Assembly (NCBI GenBank): GCA_048938005.1
Contig: JBHLMQ010000053.1
Location: 1 to 21,494 of the forward strand
Reading direction: 5' to 3'
From: Promethearchaeota archaeon
Lineage (GTDB): Archaea; Asgardarchaeota; Lokiarchaeia; Sigyniarchaeales; SOKP01
Length of the DNA: 21,494 nucleotides
A program made the position numbers and the translations under genes. Under the pieces are notes generated by a model. It made no database searches, had not been told where the DNA came from, and saw nothing but the letters and a program-made list of their open reading frames with translations. Positions within the stretch are counted from its first letter, which is position 1, and each line of letters begins with the position of its first letter. Below are positions 17,720-21,494 of this stretch, piece after piece.

Positions 17720-18316
17720 TTATATTACAACATAAGGGAATTGTTGTTTCTTTAACATAAGATTATTTAACTCTTTAAAAACCTCAAGAACATTAAAATT
17801 TAATAAGGCAGATGTTCTATAAAATCCATCCAATTTTTTTTCTTCCACATATTTATAAATTAATTCTTCAACAACTTTCTCAGAATCAGGAGTCTTTTTC
17901 AATAAATCACTCTTACTCCCAACTAAGATAATAGGAATTTTTGAATCTACTGCGTTTAATATTAATTGTTCGTACCAAAAATCTAACTGATCAAAAGAGG
18001 AGTAATTTACCAAATCAAATACTAATAACGCTCCATTAGCACCATCTATAAACTTAGGGATCAAAGGTGCAAATCTCTCCTGTCCACCGAAATCAAATAT
18101 AGAATTTACGATAAAATTTTCTTTTAAGTCATCAGGATTTTTCTCAAAATTGATTTTTAAATAAACGGAATGAAAGTTTATTCCTATTGTTGGAGATGTG
18201 TCGAAATTAAATGAGTTAAAGCAAAATCTATTAAAAAGTGAAGATTTACCTACAGCGCTAGCACCACAAATTACTACTTTAAAACTATAGAGTATATCTT
18301 TTCGATCATAGCTCAT
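17720..18316 (-). CDS. Rab-like small GTPase (Ras superfamily)
   Basis: G1 GASAVGKS, G2 PTIG, G3 DFGGQERF, G4 SKSD, G5 TSAL. Confidence 0.93.
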   Translation of the reverse strand: MSYDRKDILYSFKVVICGASAVGKSSLFNRFCFNSFNFDTSPTIGINFHSVYLKINFEKNPDDLKENFIVNSIFDFGGQERFAPLIPKFIDGANGALLVFDLVNYSSFDQLDFWYEQLILNAVDSKIPIILVGSKSDLLKKTPDSEKVVEELIYKYVEEKKLDGFYRTSALLNFNVLEVFKELNNLMLKKQQFPYVVI

Positions 18317-18579
18317 AGAAGGCTTAACCCATAAACTTATAGAAAATTATCTTTAATCTAATTTATGATATAATATGTTAAGTTTGTATTCCACTAATTT
18401 AATACAAAAAATTCTTAAAGATTTAAATAGTTTTTGAGATTAAGTCCTATTTGATTAATATTGAAGTTTATTATCTAATTAAAAGAAAGTTAGTAAAACT
18501 TGTGAATTATAATGCCAATATCTAAAAGTTTGCTTTAATATTTTTTAATTGTTAAATAGATAAATTTCAAGAAATTATT

Positions 18580-19488
18580 ATGCTTACTAAAATCCCACCC
18601 GAACAAATTGTAATAAGACCTCCAGTAGAAGCATATTCTGTACTAATTCCTGTAACGGGGGGATGTTCATGGAATAAATGCCGTTTCTGCGGAACCTATA
18701 AAGGAATTTATGGAGTTACCCAAGATTATGCGATAAGACCTTTAGAAGATATAAAAAAAGATATTGATAAATATGCTCAATTGAATTATCACGGATTTCC
18801 GGTTTTTTTAGCGGGAGGTAATCCTACGTCGGCACCAACTGATTATTTGGTTGAAATTATCAAATATGTAAGACTTAAAATGAGAAATGTTCAACGGGTT
18901 AGCTGCTATGCTAAATCGCTAGATATTTTAAGAAAGTCAGATGAAGAATTAAAAAAGTTAGCTGAAGCTGGATTAGATATTGTTTATATGGGATTAGAGA
19001 GTGGTTCAAATAAGATATTAAGAATTATGAAAAAAGGAACCAATGCTGAATCTATGATAAAAGCAGGGAAGAAAATTTTAAATGCTGGAATTAAACTATC
19101 GTTATACATCATTTTAGGTTTAGGAAGTTATGAATATTCAGAAGACCATGTCAAGGAGACCGCAAGAGTGTTAACTGAAATAAATCCAACCATATTTAGG
19201 TTCCGAACATTAAATATTATGCCAGGTACTCCTCTTTGGGATGAATGGAAATCAGGCAATTTTAAATTATTAAGTCCGGTCGAAAATTTAAAAGAGGAAA
19301 GGGATATCATCGCAAATTTAGGAGAAAATGTGACTTCTCAAGTCTTTAACGACCATATATCTAATTATTGCGCAATAGAATCTTCAAATATAAAGGAAGA
19401 TCGAGAAATGTTTATAAAAACCTTAGATTCTTATATTAATGATCCAAGAATCCAGAATCTGCTAAGAAAAAACTTAACTAGAATGTAG
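18580..19488 (+). CDS. Radical SAM protein (RPPxEA family), paralog of 6917-7840
   Basis: RPPVEAYSV, CSWNKCRFC (CX4CX2C), YMGLESGS, NDHISNY. Confidence 0.9.
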   Translation: MLTKIPPEQIVIRPPVEAYSVLIPVTGGCSWNKCRFCGTYKGIYGVTQDYAIRPLEDIKKDIDKYAQLNYHGFPVFLAGGNPTSAPTDYLVEIIKYVRLKMRNVQRVSCYAKSLDILRKSDEELKKLAEAGLDIVYMGLESGSNKILRIMKKGTNAESMIKAGKKILNAGIKLSLYIILGLGSYEYSEDHVKETARVLTEINPTIFRFRTLNIMPGTPLWDEWKSGNFKLLSPVENLKEERDIIANLGENVTSQVFNDHISNYCAIESSNIKEDREMFIKTLDSYINDPRIQNLLRKNLTRM

Positions 19489-19504
19489 ATAATTGGGGAA
19501 ATAT

Positions 19505-20599
19505 TTAAGCTAGTTCATTCCAATCGTCAAGGATTTTATCCACCATATCAATGAAAATTTTGTATTTAGATATTGAGTTTAAAAGGAATTCATTTATTTT
19601 GTAAATCCGAGTATAACCATTTAATGTCTTTAAATAATTTCTCTTTTCATCAAGTTCTGATCTCATTTTTAATAACTTATCATTCCATTTTGTCATTCTA
19701 TTAATAATAGAACGAGAGAACTTTAGGAGTATTATCCCCGCAGATTCAGCACCATACGTTATTTTCCCTTTTGGTGAAATATCTGATTTTTCTATTAACC
19801 CATTTTCTAAAAGCAGGTTTACTTCTTCAGAAATCTTTCCTGCTGACAAACCCGTGATCTCTTGCAACTTTTTTTGAGTGAGATATTTTCTTGTAATAAA
19901 GTACCCAAGAATCCTAATGAACATTGTATCTCGACTCATAAACATGGGGCTAGTACCAAGTTGATATATTATATCATCCTCAACAATATAAACCTCTGGA
20001 TCAAAAGAAATCTTCTTCACTTCTCTTTCTTCGCTCCTTATCAATTCGAAAGATTTCGAAGATAACTCTTTCGATGCATCATTGTTTGAATTTCGAGTTA
20101 TTATTGGGAATAAAACCTTATATATTTCAAAGATATCAAGTAATTCATCTATTCTTTGTAAAAGATGCTCTGCGCCTTCTTTACTTTGTTCAGTTAATTT
20201 TTTTAATTCTTTCTTTTTATTCTTCAAATAAGTTTCTAATGGACCAAAACTACTTAATGCGATTTCTATACCCATTGTAGTAAGATCTTCAAGTTTTCCT
20301 GGAAACGAATACATAAATGTGTGAGTATGAGGTATTCTCTCTTTTTGAAAGGCTCCAGTACCAGTCATAACCGACAATAATGTTGAAATAGAGCCCATTG
20401 AGAATCCAGTTAACTCTTTTAACTCTTTTTGAGTCAATTTTTCATGAATTAATAAATAAGAGGAAATTGTGGATATCTTGGGATCTACACGCTTACTGCT
20501 AGCAATATCTAAAAGGAATTCTGCAATTTTATCCTCATATTTTCGAAGTTTATCACTAAAAAGGTAACTACTAGTTTCGGTATCATCTTCAATTGTCAT
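19505..20599 (-). CDS. Tandem-duplicated winged-HTH regulator (GbsR/MarR-like)
   Basis: Two repeats: YLLIHEKLTQKELKELTGFSMGSIS and YFITRKYLTQKKLQEITGLSAGKIS, each followed by a coiled-coil-like helix. Confidence 0.8.
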   Translation of the reverse strand: MTIEDDTETSSYLFSDKLRKYEDKIAEFLLDIASSKRVDPKISTISSYLLIHEKLTQKELKELTGFSMGSISTLLSVMTGTGAFQKERIPHTHTFMYSFPGKLEDLTTMGIEIALSSFGPLETYLKNKKKELKKLTEQSKEGAEHLLQRIDELLDIFEIYKVLFPIITRNSNNDASKELSSKSFELIRSEEREVKKISFDPEVYIVEDDIIYQLGTSPMFMSRDTMFIRILGYFITRKYLTQKKLQEITGLSAGKISEEVNLLLENGLIEKSDISPKGKITYGAESAGIILLKFSRSIINRMTKWNDKLLKMRSELDEKRNYLKTLNGYTRIYKINEFLLNSISKYKIFIDMVDKILDDWNELA

Positions 20600-20704
20600 T
20601 AGTTAATTAGATATAGGCTATACAATTATTTAAAAGTTTTCATGAAATTTGAAATTTAAAAATTAATTAATTATTTTTATTCTAAAATAATAGATTCATA
20701 TATA

Positions 20705-21280
20705 TTAAGTTCCTAATCCTCTCATTATTTTAATAATCATATTCATGAATTTTTCGTCGGAACCATAAAGATTCCTAAATATTATATGCTGACGTATAAT
20801 AGCTTTCCAAACTGCTAGCATATCCAACAATTTCTCATGTTCTATTGAATGTCCACAGATGTATTCTACGAGTTGTTTAAACAAATTGAAATCCATATCA
20901 GAAATATATTTTCTTGCTTTCATAATAAAACTATCTGGATTTTTTAAAGTTTCGAGCTGAAGTGCAATAAGGAATTTTCTTCTCTTTCGTCCAATATCCA
21001 AAGAAGCATAGAAGAAATCTCTTAAACTATCATCATCGAATTTTTTGTATTGTTCTTCAAATTGATCCTTAAAACTCTTCAATATTTCCAGTAATACATC
21101 CTCTTTTCCATCAGGAAAATCCTTATATAACGTCCCTATAGGAATCTTAGTGCGCTTATGCAATAAATTCATTGAAAGATTGCCATAATCCTCATTTTCA
21201 ATTATCTCCTGCGAGATCCTTACAACATGGGCAATTCTTTCCTCCTTATCTCTTGCATAACGCTTTCGATGAGAAGACAT
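20705..21280 (-). CDS. TetR/AcrR family transcriptional regulator
   Basis: N-terminal HTH LSMNLLHKRTKIPIGTLYKDFPDGKEDVL; 191 aa, all-helical pattern. Confidence 0.8.
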   Translation of the reverse strand: MSSHRKRYARDKEERIAHVVRISQEIIENEDYGNLSMNLLHKRTKIPIGTLYKDFPDGKEDVLLEILKSFKDQFEEQYKKFDDDSLRDFFYASLDIGRKRRKFLIALQLETLKNPDSFIMKARKYISDMDFNLFKQLVEYICGHSIEHEKLLDMLAVWKAIIRQHIIFRNLYGSDEKFMNMIIKIMRGLGT

Positions 21281-21281
21281 A

Positions 21282-21302
21282 ATTGTGGGAAGTACTCACT
21301 TT
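21282..21302. promoter_or_regulatory. Putative TetR operator 1 (degenerate palindrome)
   Basis: ATTGTGGG-AAGTA-CTCACTTT, next to the TetR start codon. Confidence 0.6.
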
Positions 21303-21310
21303 TATTTAAA
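21303..21310 (-). promoter_or_regulatory. Putative TATA box for a leaderless TetR transcript
   Basis: TTTAAATA on the minus strand 23-30 nt upstream of ATG 21280. Confidence 0.45.
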
Positions 21311-21357
21311 TATTAGTCATCAAAACATTTAAATATTCCGTCTATATACAATTATTG

Positions 21358-21378
21358 AAAGTGAGTAAGTCTCACTTT
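21358..21378. promoter_or_regulatory. Putative TetR operator 2 (perfect 8-5-8 palindrome)
   Basis: AAAGTGAG-TAAGT-CTCACTTT. Confidence 0.7.
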
Positions 21379-21458
21379 AACATCAATGTAAATTTTTAGG
21401 TCTTAAAAATGTTAGAACAGATTGAATTGAATAATCAATATTTTAAAAGAAAATTAAA

Positions 21459-21494
21459 TCAGAGAGAACGAGCCCACTCAAAAGCACCAAATTC
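21459..21494 (-). CDS. Possible 3' end of a gene entering from outside the window (...EFGAFEWARSL*)
   Basis: Higher GC than the flanking intergenic DNA; open frame to TGA at 21459-21461; only 12 codons visible. Confidence 0.4.
   Translation of the reverse strand, partial: EFGAFEWARSL

Noticed and set aside
16630-18316. Prenyl synthase next to a Rab-like GTPase ending in YVVI, as a proto-CaaX prenylation system
   Set aside because: The terminal tetrapeptide has Tyr, not Cys; the enzyme is a chain-elongating type, not a protein prenyltransferase; the genes are merely convergent
5203-20280. Short nested or antisense ORFs (5203, 5418, 7164, 7554, 8078, 8140, 11686, 11963, 11991, 16045, 19128, 19862, 20074)
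   Set aside because: They lie within well-supported genes and have shadow-like composition
1-21494. CRISPR arrays, tRNA/rRNA, IS elements, integrases
   Set aside because: No spaced direct repeats, GC-rich structured RNA segments or transposase/integrase motifs seen

Overview
AT-rich, gene-dense archaeal chromosomal window, most consistent with Asgard archaea (Lokiarchaeia-like). This is inferred from a Rab-like small GTPase with DFGGQ, an Rpn11/CSN5-like JAMM protein, archaeal AcdB and ComDE, and GGTGA ribosome-binding sites. It holds about 20 intact CDS: acdB, a SERCA-type Ca2+ P-ATPase, a 3-gene membrane/surface operon, a PCI-domain-like protein, two paralogous radical SAM enzymes, a multi-Zn-finger protein, a JAMM-TPR fusion, comDE, tandem Zn-dependent dehydrogenases, a family III CoA-transferase/racemase, an MJ0936/Vps29-family phosphoesterase, a divergent polyprenyl synthase, the GTPase and two regulators. 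An unlisted truncated flavoprotein remnant lies at 5870-6028. The best candidate for an undescribed system is the roughly 4 kb cluster (6153-10293) with a PCI-like protein, a C2HC zinc-finger protein and a JAMM isopeptidase fused to a TPR/SNAP-like solenoid. These are the parts of eukaryotic proteasome lid/COP9 signalosome complexes. No rRNA, tRNA, CRISPR array or mobile element was seen. All assignments come from reading motifs by eye; no searches were run.
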